In this document: positions 23,757 to 38,007 of the stretch, piece after piece
How positions within the stretch are numbered: position 1 is the stretch's first letter
Layout: each line of letters starts with the position of its first letter
Notes under the pieces: generated by a model
Databases searched by the model: none
What the model saw: the letters and a program-made list of their open reading frames with translations, nothing else
Told to the model about the DNA's origin: nothing
Assembly (NCBI RefSeq): GCF_001194135.2
Contig: NC_068981.1
Location: 55,305,247 to 55,369,246, forward strand
Direction of reading: 5' to 3'
DNA: 64,000 nucleotides
Source: Octopus bimaculoides
Lineage: Eukaryota
Translations under genes and position numbers: made by a program

Positions 23757-26700
23757 AAAAGAACTAGCCTGTTGGTGATGGGAATGGTCTTTTCTGTATC
23801 AAATTGGTGTTTGTTAAAATTGAGAATCTTAGCAATTAATTCATAGTCTGCTTTTTTAGGGAAATGACAAAAATCTAAATACTACCGGTATATTATACTG
23901 TTGAATGGATAGCAATGGAAATAATTGTTATTGTTGGAAAATCAATAAGTTTCATCAATGCCATTAAACTAAAGATAATCGAAATAAATCATGAACAACC
24001 TGTGAGACATTCTGAATGGCCTAGCAAAAAATTGCCCTTAGTTTTTCTAGTAGCACAGCCTACTTGATGATGAACCATGTCAAATGCAACCCACTTCACA
24101 AAAAACAAAAAGGTTGCCCACACCTGGTTGAAATCATATATCTAGCTCAGTAAACTAGTACATAGTTCAAAATGCTAATTTATGCAAAAATTTGTGAGAA
24201 CACATTATATTGACAACAACTGAAGAGGAGGCTAATCTCAATCCTTACAAGTAATGAACTGACACTGAAGTAGCTCGTAAAAGCAAAGATGTCACAGATA
24301 AGTATATCAACATTTTATTTGGTCACAGAGACTTGAGCACTCTTTGAGCATTCAAGTGGAAATTACTTTATTTCTTTCTTAAACACCTTGAGAAGCATTT
24401 GAGGAAGCTTCTGTATGGTTGCATGACCTGCTATAAATAACTTCTATATGTGCCTCATATCACACCTCACCTGTCTTTAAAAATATATGGAATGGTCACA
24501 AATGAAGTGCCTTCAAGCAGTTTATAAAGGTAAGAGACTTTTGATTTTTTTTTTTTTAAGTGTAGTAGGCTTTTTTTTTTGGCCTGAACAGCTGCAATGC
24601 AGTTACAAGTGAACCACTGAGAGACTTAGAGCTCTATCTCACATTATTCTGTTTTAAATTTATCAATCTAAGTAATTTCAATACACACAATTCTTGGCTC
24701 TTGCACTGACCTTATACTGATGCTACTTATGCAGAGCCTAAGTCTTTCACAAACTTTTGTACATTAAGTTTCATCCTCAGATACATTCCTAACCAACATA
24801 TACACATCCCAAACACTCTTGATCTCTTCCCTACATCCAAACCTAAATTCTTCCAAATCATCACCACCTCTGCACCTATTGGGTCAACCAACCATTGCCT
24901 TACGGCTACACATCATAAATCTACATACTATGCTATGACACCCCCATATTCCCTTGATATGCATTCACCCTTGACCCATGAGAAACATCAGTATGCACAT
25001 GCACACATGCATGCATGTGTGTGCATGCACATACTTGCATATATGTCTTTGTTCAAATTTACATTGTATTAAGCTCAATGATCCAAGAATTCTACAGTCT
25101 GTCTTCTGATGTAAAATTAGAAAAACAAAATGGAGAAAAAAAATCCATCCTAAATAGTTTATATGCCATATTGAAGGTAGAGAAGCAGAAAATTTATTAA
25201 TGGCTCAATGAGACATTTTAAGTGCCTCTAAACAGAAGAAAGCTATGTAAGTAATACTTTAAGAAACCTAAATAAATAACAATACATTAAGTAGTAATTC
25301 TTTTTCCCAAACCCTACTGAATTAGAAACAATTTTCTTTCATTCTTTCCACCCTTCTCTATTTTTTTCTTTTTTTTTTATAGTAGATGAGTTGACCTCAA
25401 TACGAACAGAACAAGACAAATAAATAGACTTCTATATTAAAGTGTAACAAGACATTGAAAAAAAAGGGGGTTATTGGAATCAAGAGTAATGTGATACAAA
25501 GTTCTCTTTAGTTAAATTTGTTATTAAACATTCATTTTCATATCTTTTTTTTTGTATTTTGTACTATGAAATAAGCAATATTATCTCACTTGGACAGCTA
25601 AACAAGGGTGGCCAAAAGCAGATCTGCCAGCAGTATGTAGATTAAGTTCATGAACTATCACTTCCTCATGTCCCCAGATAAAATCAGACAAGCAGTGACA
25701 GAACAAGTCAGATGGAGAGGGAGAGAGTTGTAGTTGCCTGTCATTGCCACTCACCATGACTGAGCAAAGCAATTGACACTGATAATAGTACTAAAACATC
25801 AGAAATCTTTTGACAGTCTGTTCTGTCTTGGTTTCTGACTGAATTTTGTATAGCAAAAGAATATATATTTTTAGTGACCTTGAAAAGACTTAATATCTAT
25901 TTAGAGTTAAGTAATTGAAAAGAAATTTATATATCACCAGTGGTTATAATATAGTCCCAAGTCTATGATGTAGTCCTGATTGAGCGATGATCAAAGGCTT
26001 TCTAGCCATGACCATTCCATCTTTTTTTTCTAGACAGTGTATATAGTTCTATGTTATTTGATGTGCCTTTCTATTTCTATGATGGCTTAAGTGATCTGAA
26101 TAAGATTTGGCTTCCATATATATAGCAACTCATTCAGGTAAGTCCTTGGTGTGGTTTGTGTGCTGTAATGACCCTGAGCACAAGCTCCTAATGGGGCCTC
26201 CCAAGCTCTGTCGAAGATAGAAACCAGACTAATATGGATCACTCCTTGCTAGAAGTACAAAAAAAAAACTGGGTCTGCACTGGGTCAGCAACCCTAACTA
26301 GAAAGAAAGAAAAGTTACAGAAGATTTGATGACAATTCAAAATCTACATGACCTGGGAGAGGAAAAGACAGCCCGAAGTTGAGAACAGTGGAGAAAAGTT
26401 GTTGATGGTCTATGCTTTTTGGGGAGCAAAGGACTGAAATGTGTATTGGTTTACCAAGACTGAGTTCAGAGTATGATGTTTGCATATCTGTTATACATGA
26501 AACAAAAATAGACACTAGACTAGTGAAAGCAATTTCAATGATTATGCTCTCTTCCACTACAAATTTAATACAATTCATAGCAAAAACTTCAGATGTCTTG
26601 AGTTGATCAATAACTGTTTAAAACATCCCCTAAGCTATAAAGTCAGTGAGTAGTGTGGTGGTTGAATACTGAATTGGAGAGAAATATGTGTAGGTTGCTA

Positions 26701-28229
26701 AAGTTTAGGTTAAGTTTTGTTCAAACTTTGAAGGGGTTCACAAGAAAATGATGGGTTTGTAATGCTGCTTCAGTTAGGTTTTAAAATTGTGATTTTATTC
26801 CCCAATTACTCCAACACTGATGTCTTTCCTTTGCGAGCTTTACTAACCAACAGGTATGTGCTACAATTTCCTTTTCTATAGTTTACTCCGAAGCATATGC
26901 CTACATAGAAGATACCATTCTTCACTCCTCCCTATCCTTATGCAAAAATACATCAATTATGCATAAACTCATACCAAACTTCCATTACTGCTTTGAAGCT
27001 GGATATGCTAAATCAGAATCTGTTACCACCACAATCTCTATCTTTCATAGTAACATCTCCAAACTACTGACAAAACTGCTTTCCAAAAGTTTTACTTCGA
27101 AGTCAAGAACAATTTCAGCTCTGAATACTCGCTGACCCTCAACAATATACAAATGTGGTCCATATTAGAACACTTTAGACCCTATCCAAAACCGGCCATC
27201 CAACTGATCAGCAAACTTTCATTGACCAACATGCTACAATCACTTGCCCATCTATACTCTATAGCCTTTCTTCTATTATTACTACTACAGTTTGTATTCT
27301 TTTGTACTGTTAAGCTGTACCACACCATCCAAGCCTATTCCAATGTAGTGATAGCCTTCACTTATCACACCCTAAAAAGAAAACAAAGGACATATTAGGG
27401 AATGCAATCCTAGATACACTAAGCCTGAAGAAAGAATTATCATGGCTGGAACGCCTTTGATCATAAATCGTAGCAGGACTAAGCAACATGTTTGCTTCTC
27501 ATTACTGTTACAGTGTCTCACTTCCCAAATCCCAGATGAAACACTTCACTCAACCATTCCTCCCTAAGATTGCAACCCTCTGGAGCTAATTTCTTTGCAG
27601 ATACATACATAGAAGTTTAAACTAAGTATGAACCACATTGATCTGACTTATCAGAGAAATCTTGCAATGTTTAAAATTACATCCCAAGATGTAATTTTTA
27701 TTAATACTGCTGTCTTTTCCCAATGAAGAATGTAATACTTAACAAAGACTAGAGATTAATGATATCTGAATAAGAGCTACAGGAACCCAGACATGAGACA
27801 ATCTGAAGAAAGGTGGCATGGAAACTGAAAGATGAGGGGTACAAGATAACATATTGCAAGAAGGAAGAGGATTTAGGAACCTACAATACAGAAAACAACT
27901 GGAAGTATCTACAAAAGAACCTATTGCAAGCCACAGGTTAGATCTGTGTAAGGAACAAAATTACAGTCAGACAGAAGGTAACAAAGTATTGGAATGATAC
28001 AATAGGCAGAAAAATAAAAACTTAGGCAAAGAATTAGAAAGAATAGAAAGGGAGAGTAAGGAATGATATCATATAACTAAAGCAGAATGATATCAGGTAA
28101 CCAGATGTCAGACATAATTATGAGAGAAGGGAAAAGTCAGAGGTTTACAAATGTTCTATGATGTAAGAATCAAAAGTGTGAGCCATTCTGAATTTCAAAG
28201 CAATCTGTCAGTATGAATCAGGATGTTGT

Positions 28230-29790
28230 AGGTGAAAAGCACGTGCATAATGAGTGGTACAATGGAATGTTACAAAGAAGGCACAGAAATGCTACTATGA
28301 GAGGTTGCAGAATGAGGATAGTTCATGGGAAAAACTGTCCCAATGACCTGGAGAAGGGCTTTGACAGAGTACTATGCTATTTTGCCAAGTAGTTACTAAA
28401 AGAGACAAAGTATAGATGACATAAAAGTAATGTACAGAGAGTTGACAGTAGGCTGGGAGTTATGCTCAAGTTCAGTGGGAAATTTAGTTTGCAGGTAGAT
28501 GTCTGTTAAAACTCAGTTCTCAGCACTCTCCTGGTTTTATGGTTTTCCAGCCATGACAGAGGAATTTAAGACTAGCTGCCTCTAGAACATCTGTATGTTG
28601 ATGACTTAGTTCTCAGGGCTGAATTTGTTGAAGAATTACAAAAGTAATTCCAAACATGAAAATAAAGCCAAAAATTGAAAGTTCTTAAAATAAACATGCA
28701 AAGACAAAAGTTAATTCATCAAGAAAGAAAACAGGGGTCTACTGCCAACTGGAATGCTCAATATGCAGGAAAAGAGTAGCTAGGAATTCTATAGTGCACT
28801 GAATGTAAACTATGAATACACAAGAAGTGTAATGGAATTATAAAGAGGCTGACAGAAGACCTCAAATGTAGCAGATTGTTCAAGAGTCATCATCATCATC
28901 GTTTAACGTCTGCTTTCCATGCTAGCATGGGTTGGACAATTTGACTGAGGACTGGTGAACCAGATGGCTACACCAGGCTCCAATCTGATTTGGCAAAGTT
29001 TCTACAGCTGGATGCCCTTCCTAACGCCAACCACTCCGAGAGTGTAGTGGGTGCTTTTACGTGCCACCAGCACGAAGGCCAGTCAAGAGGTACTGGCAAC
29101 GACCACGCTCAAAATGGTGTATTTTACATGCCACCTGCACAGGAGCTAGTCCAGCGGTACTGGCAATGAACTTGCTCGGATGTCTTTTCACGTGCCAAGA
29201 GGGCGATGTTGGTAACGATCACGCTCAAATGGGTGCTATTTACGTGCCCCCAGCATAGAAGCCAGACAGCTGGTGCTCTGGCAACGATCATGCTCCGACA
29301 GTGCTCTTAATGATCTACTGGTACAGGTGCCAACATGATTTCACTTTCGCTTGCCCCAACAGGTCTTCGCAAGCCGAGTCGATAATAGTAAAACAGTAAG
29401 AAAACATGAAATAGTTGCAAATGCTCAGAGGGCTACCAAAAACAAGTTGATAGCTTCTGTTAAACAGGGGACCTTACTAACAATAGAGAAGAATGTTCCA
29501 AAATAAAAATGGTGAGGAAAGTCTTGCTAGCAAAAAAGGGAATTCTTCCTCCAAATGTAAGGCAGATTGTATGATTGTAAGAAATGTGATACTGCATGAC
29601 TGTGAAGTGAGGACAATGAATGTGGAGGATGGATGAAAGCTGGAAAGAAATGAGGCAAGCATGCTCCAATGCTTTAATGTTACTATGCTTGAAAGACAGA
29701 GCACAAATAAGCTGAGAGGAAAACTCAGTATGACCATGTGATGGGTATGAAGGATGTTGGATAAAAGATTTGTTAAGTAATTCAACTAGA
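28230..29790 (+). mobile_element. Old RTE LINE fragment interrupted by a younger reversed RTE 3' end
   Basis: Degenerate AMTEEFKTSCL*NICMLMT (cf. AITEEFKTGCPWELLYADD) near 28550. Similarity resumes at about 29400-29790 (GKLERNEASML). Confidence 0.55.
28887..29370 (-). mobile_element. Young RTE 3' UTR with (GAT)n tail
   Basis: catcatcatcgtttaacgtctgctttccatgctagcatgggttggac... is closely complementary to 3380-3555. Confidence 0.85.
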
Positions 29791-32619
29791 TGGAACCTGC
29801 AGAAGAGGTTCCTTCTATTTGAAATGCTATGTAAAATATGACAAGTGATAAATATTGATTAAAAGATTAGAAAAAAAACATACAATTTCCATTCTTAAAA
29901 TTAACAAATGTAAATAAAATCCTTCAGAACTTTACTCTTTATAACATAAAACCATGTTCCTTTTTAGTAAAGTTAATACATCCTTTTAGAAGTTTAAACT
30001 AGTTTTATACTAGTAAAATCAATTTTCAAAATTAGCTTGCATTTAAAATAATCATTTCTTTTAATAAAACCGTATCTCATTTCTATTCATCGATTCATCC
30101 AAATATACTATCTGATATTTTGTACCTCAATACAAAACAATATAAAAATAATACTGTTTCATGTATGGCACCATTGTTAAAAAAAGACAAACAGCTTCAA
30201 AAAGAACTTAAATGGAGTAACATAGAAATGGAAGATGAAGCAGAGAGAAAAAAAAGTTTCACAATGAAACTGATGGAGTGCTGATTCTGGTTATTCATGA
30301 ATATAATTTTTTTTCTTGGCTACAATCTCATGTTTGATGACAGAAGTAGTTAAACCATCACAAATAAAATACAGATGCAATATATGAGATGAATCGGTAT
30401 TTAGAAACTGGAAGGTAACTATTAGATGGAACACTTTGATGACAAGAGTATGCAGACTTCTAGATGATAATTTTTGTGCAATTTATATATTTGGATTTCC
30501 TTGGAACATGCCAAAGAATACAACTCCATTAATTAGAAGGAAACTTTTGTCAAAAGAATAAAATAACAACTCCACTAGTGTATTGAGTCACATCACGTGG
30601 CACTGCACCACAGTAGTACAGGATTACATTGTACAGATTCAGTAAGATATATAAATATATATATACACACACACTTATTTGCCAGGTAACAAAGCAACCA
30701 ATGGTTTCGTGTGAAGAGGTCTTCCCAATTGTGCAAACACGCCACATGGAAGTGTTGGCACGCGTCTCCATTTTGTATGTATGTGTGTATGTATCATCAT
30801 CATTTGATGTCTGCCTTCTATGCTGGCATGGGTTGGACAGTTTGACAAGAGATGGCTAAGCAGAAGACTGCACCAGGCTTCAGTATCTGTTGTGGCATGG
30901 TTTTTATGGCTGGACACCCTTCCTAACATCAACTACCCCACAGGGTGAACTGAGTACTTTTTACATGGCACCAGCACATATATATATATATATATATTTT
31001 ACATATACACACACACACAAATCACTCCCTTAACTACCTTCTTCCTATCAAGCGGGCTTCAACAATGCTCATACAATCCTTTAGCCAATATAATATGTAT
31101 AATTTACAATTAACAAAAGCATTATTTGAACTTAGGTTAGAGTGGAACTAAATAACACTGATGATGTGATCATTATAGCTGCAAACCTTGAAAAATTATT
31201 ACAATCGTTAGACAATATTGCAAATCAATGAAAGGATCTGGATTTGTATCTTTGAGCAGAAAGGTACAATTTACATTATGCAAAACCAAATACATAGACG
31301 AAAGAACTAACAAGCACAGATGAGTCTCAAATATTGATACATTTTAACAAATACACATATAAATATCACATTAAGAAAACTTTGAGGAATTGTAGGACAC
31401 TCCAGCATTTTTGCAAGTTATGCACAAATGTTTTCAAAGTCAATATAATAACTAATTAACAAAAGATATCAAATGGAACTGGTTAATTAAATGTTTAGAA
31501 AATACTGTTTAACAAATCAAATAATTGGTATCTGATGTGTTGCTCAATCACAATAATTTCCCACCATGGAATCATTGTTACTACAAATATTCCAAATTAC
31601 AGCATTGGTACTATTGTGACATACCACTTCAAAATCAGAACCAATCCAGCCTAAACACACAATTCCATTGCGACAGCAGCACCAAAGGAATGCTGACTGC
31701 TTTGAAATATTCATATAATAAGGTTTGGATTTCAATGATAGATACCTTTAAACTCCACTTATTCTGGACTAAGTAGAAGAAAGATATTATAACAAAGTGT
31801 TATATACAATCTCTCCACACCAGAATTACCTAACTATAACCTGAACCAGCCATACAATAGTAATACCATACCAAAGTTGATGATCTGCATCCTACCAAGT
31901 AGACTATCATCAACAATCTACTAACACAACTATCAGGTGAACTGTTATATCTATAGATGCTATATTTCTACTTAGGACGAAGTAGAACATTCATTTTAGT
32001 TTTTAAGTAAACTAATTGAGGCTAAACTAAATCTTGCCTTTAAAGAGGATGACCAATTTTCTTCATGTAGTTTTAGCTAAGGTGTGACTGTAATGTTTCC
32101 AAACAAATTCATCTAGGAACTTTGTAAATGAACAACTTGTGAAGAAAGCATACTAGATTCAAACAGAGTGAGCAAAATCTCTGAATTGTGGTATTTGGAG
32201 GCACAATCTGTTGGAATGTAGTTACACATGATTTTATATCTTACTTTTCTCAAATTTGTTTAGAATAAGTATAGTATCTAACACCTGGCTTAGACTATAC
32301 AAGCACGGAGATAAAAAAGATGAAATTTCATATATTTGAGGCCCGGATATTAATAATATTGATTTCTTACATTCAAAAATTCCAGTTTATGAAATACAAG
32401 AAACAAGAATGTGTGAAGTTCATACTTTTTCTCAAAAGTGTCAGCAACAAAACTAAAACAAAATGGCTACTATCATGAATCAAAACTGGGTTAGAATTAG
32501 TTTTCTTGGAATTTATCTGTAATCTACAGTACTTGCCAAAAACAAGCATCTGTAATCTACAGTGCTATCCCAGATGTTAATGATATTGGAAATAATGCTG
32601 ATAAGTAAAAGATACTTAC

Positions 32620-33476
32620 TTTTGTTGTGGAATGGTAGGTATGGACACTACAGGTAGAGCATTTCTTTTCTCAGCTAAAATCTTCCGAGCTTTTCTCATT
32701 TTAATACGCGATTTAGCTTTCGCATGCTTGGCAGTAGGTGATTTTTCATCGTTTTCATCACTTAACATAGGTGTACATTCCGAGTCGGCAGGTGTATGCA
32801 CGTCACAATAAGATGTCTTGCGCACCCCAAGCGCAGCAGTGTTTACTACATCACGTACAGGTTCAATTTTCATATATAAGCCTGCTTGTTGGGCACAAGT
32901 CACATGGAAGGCAGTATAACAATTAGTTTTATGACACTGAATGCATGCCCCTGTTCCGCGCTGTCGGCAAATGTAACAAGTAAGTTTCCATCTGGCAGGT
33001 GGAATATGGTCTATACTATCTATAGGTTCTAAGAATACAGTATTAGCAAATCCAACTTCAGGTATCCAGAGAGCACATACAACATGAGCCCACCTACCAT
33101 CATCAGTTTGTTTGAAAGCACCACCCTTGTTTGGACAGAGACAGCAATCTACTGCTCTAGAAGGTGATTGAAGACAACGCCTGCAGAGCCACTGGCCCTC
33201 AGGAATATACGGTACACCATAACATTCCTGGTGAACAGCAAGGTTACACATATCACAAAACAAAATGTAATTACTGTTCTGGCACTCCCCATCCATACAA
33301 ATTGAACAGACAGCGTCTTCATCAATAGACGGATTGTTATCCTTCCCAGAACTCTGACTCTGAAAGAAAGCTTCTTTCTCAAATCGATCCATCAAAATTT
33401 CAAATACTTCTTGAGTAATTATCTGAAGACTATCATTCCGTCTTTTCTCATTAATAATTTCTAGCCAAGCATGATC
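32620..33476 (-). CDS. BRPF1: Peregrin/BRPF1 exon encoding the PZP domain (PHD1-Zn knuckle-PHD2)
   Basis: Acceptor (t)n gacattttag|GAT CAT GCT TGG continues YDMDEE|[12 protein letters not shown]. Contains [58 protein letters not shown] and [18 protein letters not shown]. Donor AA|GTAAGT at 32619, phase 2; 857 nt. Confidence 0.97.
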
Positions 33477-34149
33477 CTAAAATGTCAAAAAAAAAAAAAA
33501 AATTCAGAAAATGGATGCTAATATAAAACAACTTCATTTCATTTCAAGTTTAAAAGAAACAAACAAGAAAAAACAATAAAAAAATATTAAAAATTATATT
33601 TCAAGATGAAACTTACATCCAGAATAAACAATGAAGAGAGTATAAATGAAGCAGTTAGGGTCATACTCTGATTCCACTAGTGATAGTTTAAGGTTCAACA
33701 ACTGGATCCTTTTGTTGCAATTAATGGCTAAAATAGTTTTTAACTTTCAAGGTACTACAAACATCACTTGCAAGCAAGTATGGCTTGGTAAGCATGTACA
33801 ATTAGCCTTTGCTAATTGTTGTAGATGCAAACAAACACAGACATCCTTTCAGCTTTCCAACTCATGATGCAGTGATACACTAGGATATAACAGCTGAATG
33901 GAGAGAGGGCTGCATTAGCACTAGGCTGGTACTTTTTATTGGTCCTGAAAGGACAAAAAATAATGTGGGTCTCAGTGGGATGTAAACTTAGAGCACAGAG
34001 AGATGGAACAAATGTCGCAACATATTCCATCTGACACTCTAATGACTCTGCCAACAGACCAACTTAAACTTTCGACCAAAACAAATTTTTATATCCTTGT
34101 ATTGGATATATAATATAACAAAGCAAGGTGGGGGGAAGAAAGTATTTAC

Positions 34150-36143
34150 ATGATGCACTACTATTACTATTACATGAGACTCAAAGCTTTATATCAATGG
34201 CTCACAATGAACTGCTTACCAACTCGAACTCCTGATGACTTGACAGAAATGTCTCAGCCCCCTTTAAGTCATATGGGGATGGTCAGGATCCTTTCACATC
34301 TCCCCTTTTTAGAATCAGTCTCCCCTATCTTCTCTTTTGAGAATTGAACTCCGCTCTGAGTTTTAATAACTCTTACACTTAGGGTTCAATTATAGTGTTT
34401 CTGTTCTTTTCCATTTTCTGGTACCAGAACATATAGTCACAAACTGTTTGGATATTGGTACCTCAAACGTGTTGTACAATACTTCCATGGGGATTTCATT
34501 TCTCATGACTGTTTATTCCGTGAATCTTTTGTTAAACATTTTTTCCTTTTACCAGGAAAAGCATTCTTCCAGTTTGTTTAATAATTACACCATCCTCCCA
34601 GCTTTCTTTACCATATCTATAGGTTTAAAAAAAAACTTTGTCACTTAACTTGAAGAATTTTGAAGAATTTTTGTTATTCACATTTTTTTTATTTTCACTC
34701 AGTATTAGCTTGTCAAAGATAGATCTGACCTTTCTTCAGATCAGGTGTTACTTGGTACACTCTAAGAAATTATTGAGGTGCAATATCGTCCATAACTTTA
34801 CGGTTCGCTTTTATCAATGCTCTCTTGAAAATGTCAACAAAATGCTCTGCTTGTCTATTTGACCTATGATGATACAGCACAGTGGTCACATGTTCAATAA
34901 CAAACATTTTACAAAATTTTCTGAACTCGTCAAACATAAATTGAGTTCCATTATCAGATACAATAGTATCCAGAATACCATATCTGATGAACAATTTGTG
35001 TAAAAAACTTATTGCAGCTGCAGTTGTTGGCTTTTTGCATTTATGCACTTTCAGTCACTTTGAAAAACTGTCTACTACAACAAGGTAATATGAACTCTTA
35101 AGTGGACCTGCATAAGCAACATGCAGTCTGGCATATGGAACATGTTTTTGGCCATGGTTGCCATTTAGTGGTAGGCGCTTTTGCAGCTAAGGCACACCCT
35201 CTGTATGCTTTCACTGATTCTTCAATGTCACAGTCCATTGTTGGCCAACTTCTCATTAATGATTTCATTCTTGGAATCCTTGGGTGACCAATGTGAAATT
35301 TCTTTAGTAATTGCTTCTGTAGTGTGGCTGGCACTACAACTCTTTGTGCAATTATCAATCCATTGTCACTCAGTGAGAAATGGTTCACATTTGTGTTGCA
35401 CATATTTTTATCACTTGTAGCCTTCAGTATTTTTTTTTTTCATTTTTATAATGAAATTATTGTTTTCCAATTTTAATTTTGTCATGTAAAGTAACCTACA
35501 GTTCAAGAATGACGATACACAAAACATTTTCAATTTCATTTTTCACTCACAAAGCAGCAATCATGATATCTTCAAATGGTTCCGCATTTTTTAAAATCAG
35601 TCTTGATGGACAATCCACACAACCTAAATTCATGAAATCATAGCAACCTATTAACAGTATGGATAGGAATTCCTTTCTTTGACCCAAATATTGTTAATAA
35701 TGGATGATCTGTCTGTAGACAAAAACTTTTACCATACAAAAGCCTGCGAAAATTTTTTCACGGTAAAAATAATCACTAGAGCTTTTTTCGATTTGACTGT
35801 AATTTCTCTCTGTTGATATCAGAATATGAAGCATGAATCACCACCTTCATGCTACCATCTTTATGTAGCATCACAGCTCCTATACTGTATTCAGAAGCAT
35901 CTGAAGCTATAAAAATCTCTACTGCAGGATCGAAGTGTGCTAATGATAAATCAGATGTTAGTATTTTTTAATTTCATCAAACGCCTTTTGGCAATTTTCT
36001 GACCAACTCCATTTCATATCTTTTTCAGCAGATTATTCAAAGAAACTCTCACCTTACGCATATGTGGAATATAATTTTGGTAACAATTTGCCAATCCTAA
36101 AAATGCTTGTATAGTCATTATATTTGTCAGAGGAGGCATATTT
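34150..36143 (-). mobile_element. Ty3/Gypsy LTR retrotransposon relic, 3' part (RT end, RNase H, integrase, polypurine tract, start of putative 3' LTR)
   Basis: Minus strand reads IKNMPPLTNIMTIQAFLGLANCYQ, LAHFDPAVEIFIASDASEYSIGAV (RNase H), QRVVVPATLQKQLLKKFHIGHP (integrase Zn-binding) and TIVSDNGTQF...YHHRSNRQAE (rve). PPT taaaaaggggaga at 34311-34299 is followed by TGT. Confidence 0.88.
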
Positions 36144-36147
36144 TTAA

Positions 36148-38003
36148 TTCTTTTGATACCAACCGAGCCATAGCCGGGTGAAAAATTTTTTCGGTCAAAT
36201 GACCAACCCAGCCCAGGAAACCTATTGTTATTTAAATGTGAATTTCAGCAGAAATTTCATTAGTACATTTGTGAAAACACATGATTTCACTTTGTAAATA
36301 ATTGAGTTATAATATCCGACATTGTTTGACATGATATCTGAACTCTGTGAATTTTGGGAGATCTTTTTCCACATTTTTTCAACTTTTAAGATGGATAGGA
36401 GTTTCATGCTATCAAACAGTGATTCAGAATTTGAGGGATTTTCAGTGGAAGATATGGAGCAAAAGTATGAGTGAACTACAAAAGCATGTGGTGTATGAGA
36501 ATGAATCGGATATTTCTGTATTTGAAACTGAAAGCAGCAATTCTGAAGGAACTGAAAGCAGCAATAGCGACAGCGAGGACAATTTTACACCTGAATGGAG
36601 TAAGAAGTTAAAAAATACTTAAACAATTTTTCTGAGGAGACTGGATTTACTTATAGTCTTCGTCAGGAAGTGGTTAAACTTTTTTTTATAATTTTTTACA
36701 TTAAGTTTGTTAGAAGCCAGCACTGCAGAAACAAATCGTTATGCAAAATGTAAATAAACTGGAAAAAAAGATAGTTTGTGGTTTCCCATAAGCGTAGAAG
36801 AAATATGGGCATTTTTTTGCCATAAATATTATTGTAGGTATAAGACAATTACCCAGAATTGCAAATTACTAGAGCAATCAGGAACCTTTTGACGATCGGT
36901 ACGTTTCTAGTGTTATGTCAAGGACACGATTTATGAAATTGAACCAGTATTTACATGTGAGAGACACTAGCAGTACTCCAGTACGTGGAGAACCAAACTT
37001 TGATCCCTTATTTAAAATAAGACTCCTCATCGACTGCATTCAAAATGCATATAAAACACTTTACAACCTGGATAGATACCTATCCGTCAATGAGGGCATG
37101 GTGGGGGATAAAGGAAGGGTACACTTCCAACAATATATGCCAGGAAAGCCCACGAAATAGGGGATCAAAGTTTGGAAAATTTGTGATGCAAATACTGGGT
37201 ACTACTGTGGGTTTAGTTTTTATACTGGGAAAAGAGGCAATAATGTTAGTATGTCTACATCAACAAAGAAAAACTTCCAGTGGGCAACCAGTTGAAACTT
37301 CTTTCCAATGTGCATTCTACAAGGATACAGTATGTAGAGTGGGATGTTTTACAAATTTCCATGACAGTAATATTGTGTGAATATTGTATACATGTATGAT
37401 TAGATTGTATAAATATTTTTCAAATTTACTTCATTTTTACTTTTACCTGTAATTTTAATTTGCCTGTAAGGTGAGTGACAAGTTTTGATTTAATTTCTTC
37501 TATTGTAAATCTTTATTATATATATTCTTGTGTATTCATGTATATGTGTAAGTTTATTTCATTTAGTTGATGTATTTAATTTTCTAGTTTTTATCAAAAA
37601 CAAATTCCAGTATTTCATTTTTATTTTACCTTTACCTGTTCTTATGTGCATTAAATTCAACTGATAATCTAGTAATGTACACAATTTTCCTATGTTATAA
37701 TTTTGCTGCATAGCTCATTGAATATTAACTGATGGCTCATTTTCTATGATGTTTAAGCAAAATATAAATATTTTTATATTTTTCTGTATTTACCTGTAAT
37801 GAGAGTCACTTTGAGACAAAAGTTATGCAATAGAATTGATTAAGAATCCTTTCTTCAATTATGTTCCAAATATCACATTAATATGTTGATAAGTAAAAAA
37901 GTTACTGTTGTTTAATGAAACTAGTCTAAATTCATAATTATTTTAGAATCTAATTGAAACTCATGAGGGGTGTATTTGGGTTAGAAATACAGTAACGAAA
38001 GAT
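36148..38003 (+). mobile_element. Defective piggyBac (PGBD4-like) DNA transposon inserted into the Gypsy RT
   Basis: Acidic N-terminus, then VMSRTRFMKLNQYLH...FDPLFKIR...LSVNEGMVGDKGR..FQQYMPGKPTK*GIKVW..CDANTGY and a remnant of the C-terminal Cys-rich domain. Ends TTAA|ttcttttgatacc and gtaacgaaagat|GTAA are degenerate CCCTTT-type TIRs. Confidence 0.88.
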
Positions 38004-38007
38004 GTAA

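Noticed and set aside
34225-34260. CTGATGA...GAAATGTC in the putative Gypsy LTR
   Set aside because: The 7 nt between the boxes cannot form stem II and the flanks do not form stem I; likely chance.
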